From positions 288,001-352,000 of the forward strand of contig CAWGXH010000003.1 of assembly GCA_963826525.1 (NCBI GenBank): 64,000 nt of DNA. The letters run 5' to 3'. A program made the position numbers and the translations under genes. The notes beneath the pieces were generated by a model that saw nothing but the letters and a program-made list of their open reading frames with translations, had not been told where the DNA came from and made no database searches. Below are positions 21,603-34,398 of this stretch, piece after piece (the stretch's first letter is position 1; every line of letters begins with the position of its first letter). Source of the DNA: an uncultured Methanomicrobiaceae archaeon. GTDB taxonomy: Archaea > Halobacteriota > Methanomicrobia > Methanomicrobiales > Methanoculleaceae.

Positions 21603-22474
21603 CTACCCCGCCGTCGTGAACTGCCAGACCTCCCCGGATATGTCAGGACATATCCCCGTCGGTCGCGGTCACCTGCCAGTAGTACGTGGTTCCCGCCTCA
21701 AGTGTCTCCGGCCTCAGGCTCGCCGAAGGCGCCTCGGTCAGTGCCTGCTCGTCGGGCGGCGTGTTTTTCCCGATAACGACCGTGTAGAGCAGGGGGTACT
21801 GGCCGAAGTTCTCGCCGTGCCAGGTGAGCGGTGTATCGACCGGTACATCGGTGGCGCCGTTCTCCGGGAACGGGGCGTCGGGCTGCTTCGGCGGGTCAAT
21901 GATTGCGTCGGGGCCGGGCGAGTCCTCCCCGTCTCCACCCCTGACGGTGAACGTCCAGACCTCACCCGGAACATAGGTACATGTCTCCATCGGTCGCGGT
22001 CACCTGCCAGGCGTAGGTGACGCCGGGCGTGAGGTTCTGCGGGTCGTACTCCGGCTCTTCGAGATCCTGTGCTACCGGATCCGCCGGCAGGCCGGCGCTG
22101 CCGAGCGAGATTGCGTAGCGCACCGGGTACTGCCCGGAGTCCTCGGCCGACCACCGGAGGACTGTATCGGCGGAGACGTCCGTCGCACCCGACGGCGGCA
22201 CCGGCATCTCGGGCGGGAAGGGAGGTTCGATGATCGACGTTTCGTCCGGTTCGGAGTCCTCGCCGGTATTCTCGGGGAGGAGATTCTGGCTGTCGGCCGG
22301 GAGCGATGCCTTCACCGCCGCATCTCCTCCGGCTGCATCCTCCGGGAGGAGCGAGACGGCGATCCCGGACGAGGCTGCTACCGGGATGGTCATGGCGATG
22401 AGCAGGAGGCCTGCGCAGAGCAGGACGGCAAAGAGAGGTCGCTGCTGGTTGGTGTCGTTTCTGGTTGTTGTCAC
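21603..22474 (-). CDS. Secreted protein with two FN3/Ig-like repeats; two frameshifts
   Basis: Signal peptide, then two units P.nGATDV...L.W...GQYP..Y...L..G.TY.WQVTATDGD...GEVW.FT. Confidence 0.65.
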
Positions 22475-22755
22475 TGGTATCCCCTCGTAAACTCGTTGAT
22501 CCGAGTGTCGGTGTCGGCCTCGGACAGACGCCCTATACGCGGGGGACCATATATAATTTTCGAAATTAAATAAAAACCTATAGATAAAATGCGGTCGAGC
22601 TGTTCCGGGAAAGATCGTTTTTCCACAGTCTTTGGGGTACACCCTCGCGAAAAATAGTTTTGTGGCTCCGGGAATTGCAGAGGCACCGTGAGAAAAGGTA
22701 ATATCTTGTGGGGAGTCGATGAGGTCGTCCGGTACCTGCTCCCTCGCTCCTTCGG

Positions 22756-23202
22756 TTATGCCCGGGTGATCATCGTTGCTATGGGACTGTGATGGAGGAC
22801 GAAGAGACTGACGCTTCCGAGGAAGAGCTGATCGAGCCTGCTCCTGCCGTGCGAGCCGAGAATAATGAGATCGGCCTCTAGCTCGGTGGCGAGACCGACA
22901 ATCTCCGGCCCCGGCTGCCCGAAACGCTTCTCCGGCGTGATCCGGACGCCTGCCGCTGCCGCCGTATCCACCGCATCCGCAAGGATATCCTCCGCCTCAC
23001 GCTCGAGCATCTCATAGACCGCCTGCTGGGCGACGGCCACCGGCTCCATATCGTTCATGGTGAGCGAGGGGTACAGCCCCACCTGAATGACATAGATGGC
23101 ATGGAGGTCGGCATCGAGTATCTTCGCCAGGGCAAGAGCGCATTCGAGAGCCTTCTTTCCCACCTCCGAGCCGTCGACTGCGACCAGTATCGTTTTTAGC
23201 AT
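22756..23202 (-). CDS. Universal stress protein
   Basis: ILVAVDGS, ADLIILGSHG, LFLGSVS. Confidence 0.92.
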   Translation of the reverse strand: MLKTILVAVDGSEVGKKALECALALAKILDADLHAIYVIQVGLYPSLTMNDMEPVAVAQQAVYEMLEREAEDILADAVDTAAAAGVRITPEKRFGQPGPEIVGLATELEADLIILGSHGRSRLDQLFLGSVSLFVLHHSPIATMITRA

Positions 23203-23279
23203 GGTTACCGTGCTCCGTTTCGCGTACACAGTTCAAGGCGCTGCACGGATAAAAATACGACCATTTGGTTCTGCCCGCG

Positions 23280-23810
23280 CTATGCGGTATACGAGTGGCG
23301 GGATACCCTCTTGCCGGTGTCACGGTCGAAGATCTCGACGGTAACCAGGTCGCCGGGATGGAGTGTTCCGTCGTTTAAGTTGATCCAGATGCGTTCGTTC
23401 GGGTTCCAATACATCCCCTGGCATCCGCTCCCTTTTATCGTCTGTACCCCGTAATGGGGCGTCGGGATAAAGTTTGCACCGTTCAGGGTTTCGATAACGC
23501 ATGGATATATCTCCTCGCCGTCCCGGTAAAACCGTGCCGTCAGGCGGTCGTTCTCGAATTGCACCGTGCCGTTGTTCCGGAGGGTCACCCTGCTCTCGTA
23601 GTTCAGGTTATAGGGAGGGTCGTTGTTTATGTGCTGGACCTCGGTGATGATGATCGACGGGGGCTCCGGCGGTGGCGGCGGCCAGGTCGGGAGCGTGAAC
23701 CCGCTGCAGAGGAGCCATACGATAAGCGCCAGGATGATCGTCAGGGCAACCATGAGCAGCGTCCCCTGCACCGGGGAAACGGCCTCCTCACTCTGCTGCC
23801 GCCGGTTCAC
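23280..23810 (-). CDS. Archaeal type IV pilin-like protein (DUF1628-type N-terminus)
   Basis: EA/VSPVQGTLLMVALTIILA class III signal-like segment. Confidence 0.8.
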   Translation of the reverse strand: MNRRQQSEEAVSPVQGTLLMVALTIILALIVWLLCSGFTLPTWPPPPPEPPSIIITEVQHINNDPPYNLNYESRVTLRNNGTVQFENDRLTARFYRDGEEIYPCVIETLNGANFIPTPHYGVQTIKGSGCQGMYWNPNERIWINLNDGTLHPGDLVTVEIFDRDTGKRVSRHSYTA

Positions 23811-23887
23811 AAAGTATTTTTTAAGAGGATCGTTCTGATAAGGATTGCGTTTGGGCCGCCCTCGAGCGTGAAAATAGTGGTATGCGC

Positions 23888-24229
23888 TTACTCCTGGTAT
23901 TCTTCAAGAGCAAGCTGGTATATCCAATCCAGGAGCCTCGCGCACTCTTCGGGCGTGCACTCCTGATCGCATCCGATGCAGGGCAGAATCTCAGTTCCGG
24001 CGAGAATAACCGACGGGTCGATTGCCCGTTTCTTCGCGCGGAGCAGGTATGTCTTGATCCCCTCATCCCGAAACTCGATACGCTCGATCAGGCCGGAATC
24101 CAGCAGCCTTTTAACGATGCGGGAACACTTCCGGCTGTCGATATCCAGCAGCTTCCAGAGTTCACTCTGGAGCACTCCCTGCCGGCGGGATTGAATGAGA
24201 TTGAGCGCTTCTTCCTCCTGGTCGGTCAT
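23888..24229 (-). CDS. wHTH plus Cys4 protein, RPC34/TFE-beta-like
   Basis: GVLQSELWKLL..DSRKCSRIV..L wHTH and PCIGCDQECTPEEC..L.DW; next to lsm. Confidence 0.72.
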   Translation of the reverse strand: MTDQEEEALNLIQSRRQGVLQSELWKLLDIDSRKCSRIVKRLLDSGLIERIEFRDEGIKTYLLRAKKRAIDPSVILAGTEILPCIGCDQECTPEECARLLDWIYQLALEEYQE

Positions 24230-24235
24230 ACGCAA

Positions 24236-24472
24236 TCAGATCAGGGGTGCAATGGTCAGGATGTTGTTGCCGCGAATGACGACTGTCCCGAGGGAGCGTT
24301 CCCGCTGTTCTCCCAAATACTCGATGGTTTCGTCCATGTGGATGTTTAAGTGCTCGTCCACTGCCATAAGCCTGCCCTCGAGCTTGCGGCCGTCGTCCTT
24401 AATTTCAACGACAATTTTCGAGTCTACTAGCGAAAAAACTTTTTTAACTGGAAGTACAATGCCGTTAACCAT
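24236..24472 (-). CDS. Sm-like (Lsm) RNA-binding protein
   Basis: GRLMAVDEHLN (Sm1) and IRGNNI (Sm2). Confidence 0.92.
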   Translation of the reverse strand: MVNGIVLPVKKVFSLVDSKIVVEIKDDGRKLEGRLMAVDEHLNIHMDETIEYLGEQRERSLGTVVIRGNNILTIAPLI

Positions 24473-24641
24473 CCGTTCTTATGTGGTTAGCGAGCGTAAT
24501 TAATTTTTCCATGAGCGGCAGCCGGGCGATGATCCCGGCTGTGTGGTTGATACGGCATCGGCGGCGGGGATTGCTCTGCATGCCGGATACGCGCCCTCAT
24601 TCAGACAAGTTTATTTTTCAAAACTACGATTTAATTGCATA

Positions 24642-25534
24642 ATGAAGACCCGCTCAATCCTTTTCATCGTCGTGCTTCTCCTCGCCACGGCCGGCTGCCT
24701 GCAGGCGCCCGAAGGTGCAGTAAACACCCTGACGGTCACCGACGACACCGGTGTGCAGGCCGTGCTCTCGCCTCCGATCGAACGAGTCATTTCACTTGCC
24801 CCAAGTGAGACCGAGGTCGTCTGCGCTCTCGGGGCGGATGCCCTGCTTGTCGGAAAGACGGATTACTGCAACTATCCGCCGGAGATCGAAGATGTGCCGT
24901 CGGTCGGCGGGCCGAAGACGCTCATGTCGAAAAGATCATCGAACTGCAGCCCGATCTCGTTCTCGCTACCACGGTAACCGATGCCACGAGGATCGAAGGG
25001 GTACGGGCGATGGGGATTCCGGTCCTCATCTTCAGGGTCGAATCGCTGGAAGACGTCCATCGCAACATCAACACCGTCGGCGCGGTGCTGGGCTGTCCGG
25101 ATGCGGCACAGACCCTGGTCGGCAGGATGCAGGAGCGGGAAGCGGCCGTATCCTCCGCGCAGACCCCGGCAGAACCGGTGAAGGTGCTCTATGTCCTCTA
25201 CGACGATCCGCTCTATGTGGCAGGGAACAATACCCTGCAGGACGACCTGATCCGCCGGGCTGGCGGTGTCAATATCATGGCCGATGCGGAGGGCTATGTC
25301 GTCGCATCCGACGAAGCGGTGGTCACCCGGATGCCGGATGTCATCATTGCCTCCACGTCGCATACGGCCGGTTTGGCACCGATCAAGGATAGCCTGCTCA
25401 CAAAATCCGTATTCAAGGAGATCCCTGCCTTCAGAAATGATCGCATCGTCACCATCGACGCCGACCTGGCCAACCGTCCGGGACCACGGATGATCGATAC
25501 GCTGGAGTTCTTCGCCGCATGCATACGCGAGTAA
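24642..25534 (+). CDS. btuF: Cobalamin/iron ABC substrate-binding lipoprotein; frameshift near 24923
   Basis: Lipobox [27 protein letters not shown]. Confidence 0.8.
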
Positions 25535-25545
25535 GCCCCCTGTGG

Positions 25546-26541
25546 ATGTATTCCGGCTGCTGCGTGCTCCTGCTGAGCAGCGCTGTTCTGGCGGTCTGTA
25601 TCGGAGAGTCGCCGATAGACTGCCGGACGGTGTTCTCCATCGTCCTTGGCCACCTGCTGGATCCCGGAGCCGGATATTCCACATCGGAAGAGACGATCAT
25701 TATGCTCATCCGCATCCCGCGGGTGATTCTCGCCGGGTTCGTCGGGGCGAGCCTCGCCGTATGCGGAGCGGTGCTCCAGAGCCTCTTTCGAAATCCCATG
25801 GCCGATCCGTTCATCCTCGGCATCTCGAACGGTGCTGCGCTCGGTGCCTCCGCAGTCCTGCTGTACGGCGTCTCGTTCGGCCTTGGTATCTTCAATCTCC
25901 CGCTGGCGGCGTTCGTCTCCGGGACCGTCACGATTCTGCTGGTCTATGAACTGGCGCGAACCGGGCACCGGGTAGCGACGAATACGCTCCTCCTCTCCGG
26001 GATTGCCGCAGCGGCGTTTATGTCCGCCTGCACCTCGTTTCTACTCTTCGTATCGAACGAAAACCTCCACCAGGTCATCTTCTGGATGATGGGCGGTTTT
26101 GCCGGCCGGACATGGGATCATGTCGCCATGCTGCTGCCGTTCACCCTGCTCGGCATCGGTGTCTTCCTGACCCTCGCCCGTCCCCTGAACGCACTGATGT
26201 TCGGGGAGGAGTCGGCGCTCTATCTCGGGGTGCCGGTCGAGCGGCTGAAGAAGGTTCTGCTCGTCGTATCGGCAGTCGTTACCGGAGCGGCGGTTGCGGT
26301 GAGCGGGATCATCGGATTTGTGGGACTGATAGTTCCGCACGTTGTACGGCTCGTCGCCGGACCCGACCACCGTACCCTGCTGCCGCTCTCGGTCTTCGTC
26401 GGGGCGACATTTCTCATCCTTGCCGATCTTCTGGCACGGCTCGTCATCGCTCCGGCAGAACTTCCCATCGGTGTCATCACCGCGCTCTGCGGTGCTCCGT
26501 TCTTTATTTACCTTCTTCGATCGCGGCGGGGCGGCATATGA
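25546..26541 (+). CDS. btuC: Cobalamin/iron ABC permease
   Basis: RIPRV, LFRNPMADP, GIIGFVGLIVPH, ELPIG. Confidence 0.88.
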   Translation: MYSGCCVLLLSSAVLAVCIGESPIDCRTVFSIVLGHLLDPGAGYSTSEETIIMLIRIPRVILAGFVGASLAVCGAVLQSLFRNPMADPFILGISNGAALGASAVLLYGVSFGLGIFNLPLAAFVSGTVTILLVYELARTGHRVATNTLLLSGIAAAAFMSACTSFLLFVSNENLHQVIFWMMGGFAGRTWDHVAMLLPFTLLGIGVFLTLARPLNALMFGEESALYLGVPVERLKKVLLVVSAVVTGAAVAVSGIIGFVGLIVPHVVRLVAGPDHRTLLPLSVFVGATFLILADLLARLVIAPAELPIGVITALCGAPFFIYLLRSRRGGI

Positions 26542-27814
26542 ACCGACTCGACGTGAACGGGTCGGGTATGCGTTCGGCAGCAAACCAGTCCTCAACGATG
26601 TCACCATGGCATGCGCCGAGGGGGAACTCATCGGCATCCTGGGACCGAACGGTTGTGGGAAGACGACGCTGATGCGGTGCATGGCAGGCTATCTCGTCCC
26701 GGATACGGGCTCGATCTGGTACAACGGCCGCCTGCTCGGCGAACTCTCTTCGCGTGACCTTGCCAGGATACGGGCGGTCGTGGAGCAGCAGCTCGTTACA
26801 CCGTTCGACTTTTCGGTCTACGATTACGTGATGCTCGGCAGGACGCCGTACCTTGGCCGGTTCGGGTCGGAGACGGCGGAAGATCACCGGCATGTCGAGG
26901 AGGCGCTCGGTCTGACCGGCAGTTACTCCTTCAGCGACCGGTCGATAGGCACCCTCTCCGGCGGCGAACTGCAGCGGGTGATGATCGCCCGGGCGCTTGC
27001 CCAGCAGCCGGGGATTCTCCTGCTGGACGAGCCCACATCGCACCTCGATGTCCGCTACCGGCTTGAGATCATGCACCTGCTCCGCGATCTCGCCGGTGAG
27101 AGAGCCGTCGTCGCGGTGATCCACGACATCAACGATGCCTATGCGTTCTGCGACCGCGTGCTGCTCCTGCGGCAGGGCAGGCCTGTCGCGTTCGGACCCC
27201 CTGCAGATGTCCTCACCTCCGAAGCGCTCAGCGATGTCTTCGGTGTCGTCGCAAGCCCGCTGGAGCATCCCGGGGTGGTGACCCCGGTTCTTTCGTTCAC
27301 CCTCCCCCGATCCGTTCGCCGCAGGCGGGCAGGGCGTGTGATTGTCATCACCGGGGGCGGCTGCGGGCAGCACGCCGTTTCGTCGCTGGTGCATGAAGGC
27401 TATGATGTACGGGTGGGCGTTCTGAATGAGGGCGACCGCGACCTCGAGCTCGCCCGCTCGCTCCGGTGCCCGGCGCTGACGGAACCGCCGTTCTCCCGGA
27501 TCAGGCAGAGCAGCATGGCGTCGCTCCGGGCATGGTGCGCTGATGCCGACGCGATCGTGCTCGTTGCAATGCCCGTCGGCGCGGGAAATCTCGGGAACCT
27601 CATCGTCGCGGAGGAGATGCTCGGGAAGAAACCCCTGGTGCTCTTCGCGCGCAACCAGACGTACGGCCGCCTTGATTTCACCGGAGGGCGCGGTGAAGAG
27701 GCATACTTCTTCGTCGCACGGGGCGCTCCGACCGCGGCGTCGGTCGAGGAACTGCTCATGCTGCTCGAGCGGGAGATCCCGCAGGCATCTTCTCCCTCCG
27801 GGGCAGAGGAGTGA
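26538..27814 (+). CDS. btuD: Cobalamin/iron ABC ATPase with C-terminal extension; frameshift near 26562
   Basis: GPNGCGKT, LSGGE, LLLDEPTSHLD, HDIN. Confidence 0.82.
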
Positions 27815-28031
27815 AGCTGCCGGAACCCCGGCTCTCCCCTCTCTCGCACCCTCGCGGTAAAGGCCGTGCTCGCGATCCGGCATTGACTGGAACTCTTCCG
27901 GCCGGCAAGGTGCACGAGGTTACTTCGATCCGAATTGGCCTTCAATTCCCGGGCACGTATGGGAGACCCTCACGAAGGCGGTTCAACCAATCGTGATAAT
28001 CGCTGTTATTGAGAAGAAGAGAAAAAAGGGG

Positions 28032-29129
28032 TTATTCGGGGAGAGACTCCCATCTGTCTTTCAACTGCTTTTCGACGCCGGGGAGGGTCGTGTACTCCAT
28101 CTCGTCGAGCGAGAGCCGGTGGGGCTCGAAGGGTCCGTGGTTGCGCATCATGTCGGATATCTCGCAGCACTTGTCGCGGACGCGGTCGAAGGCGGGGTCG
28201 TCGAACATATCGGCAGGCCCGACGAGCTTGCAGTCGGAGACCTGGAACCCGAGACAGATGACCCGGGGCGGACCGTCGAACTGGGTACAGTTGGCGTCAC
28301 AGACGCCGACCGGCATGAACGGGCCGTGGTGCGAGCCGCGCATCCAGCCGGCGACGAGGATCGGTGTCCGGAAGGGATCGATGACCTCGCCGACCGACGG
28401 GAATCCGCTCTGTGCGCGGACAATCATCACGGGGTCGTCCTTGCCGACGTAGCGTCCTGCCATCATGTTCAGGCGCTGGGTGCTCGTCGACGCGGCAATC
28501 TCGCCGCTCTTCTTGTAGACGGCCTTGATCAGGTACCGGGACGGCGCGCCGATGTAGGCGAGCAGGTTGTACGTGTCCTCGGGTGTGTTGAAGTAGATCC
28601 TGCGCTTCGCGATGACATCGTGGATCTCGAAGGTGAACCCGTCGTGCATGGACGGGTCGATGACGAGGCCCGACGTGTTGAAGGGGTCTGCAAACATCTT
28701 GTAGAGGAAGAAGTTCCAGGCGCCGGGCTCGGTCTTGTCCGCCATGAAGACGAGAATAGGATCGCTGCCGCGCTCCTCGAACTCCATCTCCGCGACGCCG
28801 GGGCCCATGCCCTTGACGTTGCCGCTGAATGCGTCGCTGAGGAGGTCCTGTCCGGCACCGTAGAGTTTCATCTCCTTTGCAATCTTGGCGCACTCCATGA
28901 AGACATTCCAGGCGAGTTCGTGAATCTCGGCGTTATCTTCACCCTTCGTGTGGGTCATGATGAGCTCGAGATCGTCCCCGCAGTGGGTGACAAAAGAGTC
29001 GGTTATCACCGTGCCTTCGGCTTCTTTCAGCATCTGCGCTGCTTTCTCGAGAAGCCTCGGGTGCGTGCGGGAGTGCCCGGGAAAACTCCCGACATCTGCT
29101 TTTATTACTGATACGGTAGTCTTTGCCAT
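28032..29129 (-). CDS. fbp: Fructose-1,6-bisphosphate aldolase/phosphatase (class V)
   Basis: IKADVG, GDD, LYGAGQDLL, DKTEPGA, YVGKDDP, RGSH. Confidence 0.96.
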   Translation of the reverse strand: MAKTTVSVIKADVGSFPGHSRTHPRLLEKAAQMLKEAEGTVITDSFVTHCGDDLELIMTHTKGEDNAEIHELAWNVFMECAKIAKEMKLYGAGQDLLSDAFSGNVKGMGPGVAEMEFEERGSDPILVFMADKTEPGAWNFFLYKMFADPFNTSGLVIDPSMHDGFTFEIHDVIAKRRIYFNTPEDTYNLLAYIGAPSRYLIKAVYKKSGEIAASTSTQRLNMMAGRYVGKDDPVMIVRAQSGFPSVGEVIDPFRTPILVAGWMRGSHHGPFMPVGVCDANCTQFDGPPRVICLGFQVSDCKLVGPADMFDDPAFDRVRDKCCEISDMMRNHGPFEPHRLSLDEMEYTTLPGVEKQLKDRWESLPE

Positions 29130-29233
29130 AGAATCACCAATAGTACCATAGGCCTAGCCCTTATGGGTAATAGGCTTTGCCCTATATGTACATACGCTGA
29201 AAGAGAAAAAATGTTGTTGAGTGAGCTTCTCGG

Positions 29234-29699
29234 TCACTCGATCTTGATTGCTTTGCCGCGGTTGAATTTGACCTCGAGAACACCGTTTTTATAGGACGAC
29301 TGCATCGAGTCTGCGTCCACGGAGGGGAGGTCGACGCTCGTCAGACTGGTTTCCGCCGGCGATGACGGTCAGCGTACTGCTGATGAGTGACAGGTGGATG
29401 GAGTCTTTCTCGGCACCCGGCAGATCGATAGCCACCGTCACCTCACCGTCGGTCATATACACTTCAGCAATCGGTTCGATGGAACCCTCCGACGAGGGCT
29501 GATCTCCGGAGACGGGGACTGCTCCGCTCTCGACGGGCTTTGCCTCCTTTGCGGAGTCGGCATCGGTTATGATGATCTTGAAACCGTATGCGAAGGGTCT
29601 GTTCATATCCCCCTGATCTTTCATGCCCTGTTCCATGAGGCGTTTCATCAGTTCGTTGAGCTGCTGGAAGATGTCTGCTGGGCTGTCACTCATATGCAT
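29234..29699 (-). CDS. Hsp20 family small heat-shock protein; frameshift near 29340
   Basis: YGFKI, EP..EV, DLPG, and SYKNGVLEV in the second frame. Confidence 0.8.
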
Positions 29700-29801
29700 C
29701 ACTGTCGGTCTGGTTATTGCTGATGTCGCTCGGGCGGTAATGGTCTACCGCCGCTGGGGAATCGCCCCCTCTCCGGCAATGCGGAGATGGGGAGTCTTCC
29801 G

Positions 29802-32222
<2,421 letters not shown>

Positions 32223-32245
32223 ATGACTGACCTCCTCATGGTATG

Positions 32246-32260
32246 TTTACCATAGGTAAA
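32246..32260. promoter_or_regulatory. Palindrome TTTACC-ATA-GGTAAA just downstream of the cdc48 TATA box; candidate heat-shock repressor site
   Basis: Perfect inverted repeat with an AC-N5-GT core; TTTTTTATAC lies just upstream on the minus strand. Confidence 0.55.
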
Positions 32261-32296
32261 TCCCAATAGTATAAAAAAGTATCTCTTAAGTGAGTG

Positions 32297-32860
32297 TTAC
32301 CGGCAGGTGATGATGCCCTTTTCCGTGACGATATACTCCATGGCGATGTCATCCGGCTCGAATGGGAGGCGATCCACCTCCTGGCAGGAGTATGCTATCC
32401 CGATCCTGACCGGGTGCGGGCAGCGTTCGAGGAACCGATCGTAGTACCCGGCACCATACCCGAGGCGGTTCCCCTGCCGGTCGAAGGCGAGCATCGGGAT
32501 GACGACGACCTCGACATCCGCCGGATCCGCGGGGATCTCGTGGCCCAGGGGCTCGGGAACGTTAAAGGTGCCGGGGGCGAGGACCGAGAGTTCGTTGATG
32601 TACGAGAGCCGGAGACTGCAGGTCTCCCGCTCGATGATCGGAACGACGACGCGCTTTCCTCCGGCGAGGAGACTCGCGATCAGCTCCTGCGTCTCGACCT
32701 CCGGGGCTTTTGCGGCATAGACCATGATCGTCGTGTAGCGATCGAGCAGGGGTGCCAGCCTCTCCCGGATGGCGCTGCTCATCCGGGTGACGGCGTCACT
32801 GGAGAGCTCGTTCCGCACGGCCTTTACGTGCTCGCGGATCTGCTGTTTTGTCCGGCTCAT
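32297..32860 (-). CDS. 5-formyltetrahydrofolate cyclo-ligase family
   Basis: KQQIR, EP, PMLAFD..GNRLGYGAGYYDR, DIAM. Confidence 0.92.
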   Translation of the reverse strand: MSRTKQQIREHVKAVRNELSSDAVTRMSSAIRERLAPLLDRYTTIMVYAAKAPEVETQELIASLLAGGKRVVVPIIERETCSLRLSYINELSVLAPGTFNVPEPLGHEIPADPADVEVVVIPMLAFDRQGNRLGYGAGYYDRFLERCPHPVRIGIAYSCQEVDRLPFEPDDIAMEYIVTEKGIITCR

Positions 32861-32945
32861 CTGTACCCTTGAGTTCGACCGGAATCCAGATAAGGTTTGC
32901 AGCCCGTCCGCCCGGACGGCCAACCAAAAAAAAGTGTCGGGGATA

Positions 32946-34221
32946 TCAGAAGGAGAAGTGCCGGGAGACGATCTTGAGTGCGCAGAAGTCGCCGCACATC
33001 GTGCACGCATCGGTATCGGCGGGCGAGCGCTCGTCGCGGATGGCACGGGCACGCTCCGGGTTGATGGCGACGGCATACTGGCGCTCCCAGTCGAGGTCGC
33101 GGCGTGCGTGTCCCATCTCGAGGTCGGCGTCGCGCTTCTTGAGCTTGATCATATCGCCGACGTGGGCGGCGATACGCGAGCTGATCACGCCTTCGTAGAC
33201 CTCTTCGGCGTTCGGGAGCGCCAGGTGCTCGGCAGGGGTGACGTAGCAGATGAAGTCCGCGCCGTGCGACGAGGCGATCGCGGCGCCGATGGCGGCGACC
33301 CGGTCGTCGTAGCCGGGGGCGATATCGGTGACGAGCGGGCCGAGCATGTAGAACGGCTTACGGTTCGTGACCCTCTTCTGGAGGACGACGTTCGTCTCGA
33401 TCTCGTCGAGCGGGATGTGCCCGGGCCCTTCGACGATCGCCTGCACGCCGAAGTTGTGCGCCTTGTCGGCGAGTTCCGCGTTGATTAAGAGCTCCTGGAT
33501 CTGGGCGCGGTCGGTCGCGTCGTGGACGGCGCCGGCACGCATCCCGTTCCCGAAGGAGAGCGTCACTTCGTGCTCTTTCAGGATCTCGAGGAGGTAATCG
33601 AACTCGGCGTAGAGCGGGTTCTCTTTCTCGTTGTGCAGCATCCACGCGGTCATGAATGCTCCGCCCCGGGAGACCAGGCCGCCGTGGCGCCCCTGGTTCT
33701 GCAGGCGCTTCATCGTCTCATAGTTGATGCCGGTGTGGATCGCCATGAAGTTCGTACCGAGCTTCGCCTGCTCCTCGGTCGCCTTGAAGATGGCGTCTTC
33801 CTCCATGTGGATGACGGCGCCGAACTTCCGTGCGGCCTCGATGAATGCCTGGTAGAGCGGCACGGACCCGACGGAGAGATCGGTGGCCTCGACGACCCGG
33901 CGCCGGATCTCGAGGAAGTCGCCGCCCGTGGAGAGCTCCATCAGAGAATCGGCACCGGCCACGCTTTGCCTGCCGCGCCTTCTCGACCTCGTTGTCGATA
34001 TCGATGATATCCGAGGAGGTCCCGATGCTTGCGTTGACCTTGGTCCTGAGGCCTTCGCCGATACCGCAGAGCGCAACGTCACGGTAGGGGGAGACCGGGA
34101 TGACGATATGCCCACCGGCGATGCCGCGCCTGACAAAATCTTCGGGGACGCCCTCCTGCCGGGCGACGATCTTCATCTCTTCGGTAATGATGCCCTTCTT
34201 TGCATCCTCTATGAGACCCAT
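32946..34221 (-). CDS. thiC: Phosphomethylpyrimidine synthase ThiC; frameshift near 33962
   Basis: [43 protein letters not shown]. Confidence 0.93.
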
Positions 34222-34398
34222 ACTACTATCGTTGGAAGAAAGAGTAATTAAAGGCTCTTTTTTGGGAATCGGGAGGAAATTGTGCTTGTTCTCTTCGCAA
34301 GTAAATTTGTTTACTATTAGTCAGGTACAGTTGCATTGCACGGATGCGAACTTATTCAAGAAAACCGAGCCAATTATGCTGTTATGAGGGTAGATGGC

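Noticed and set aside
24473-24641. Cobalamin riboswitch before btuF
   Set aside because: No B12-box or GCCACTG core found.
29152-29175. Imperfect inverted repeat upstream of fbp
   Set aside because: Short and bulged; compatible with chance.
34222-34398. TPP riboswitch or operator before thiC (AAAGAG-N10-CTCTTT)
   Set aside because: No CUGAGA TPP core; the 6-bp low-complexity arms are weak evidence.
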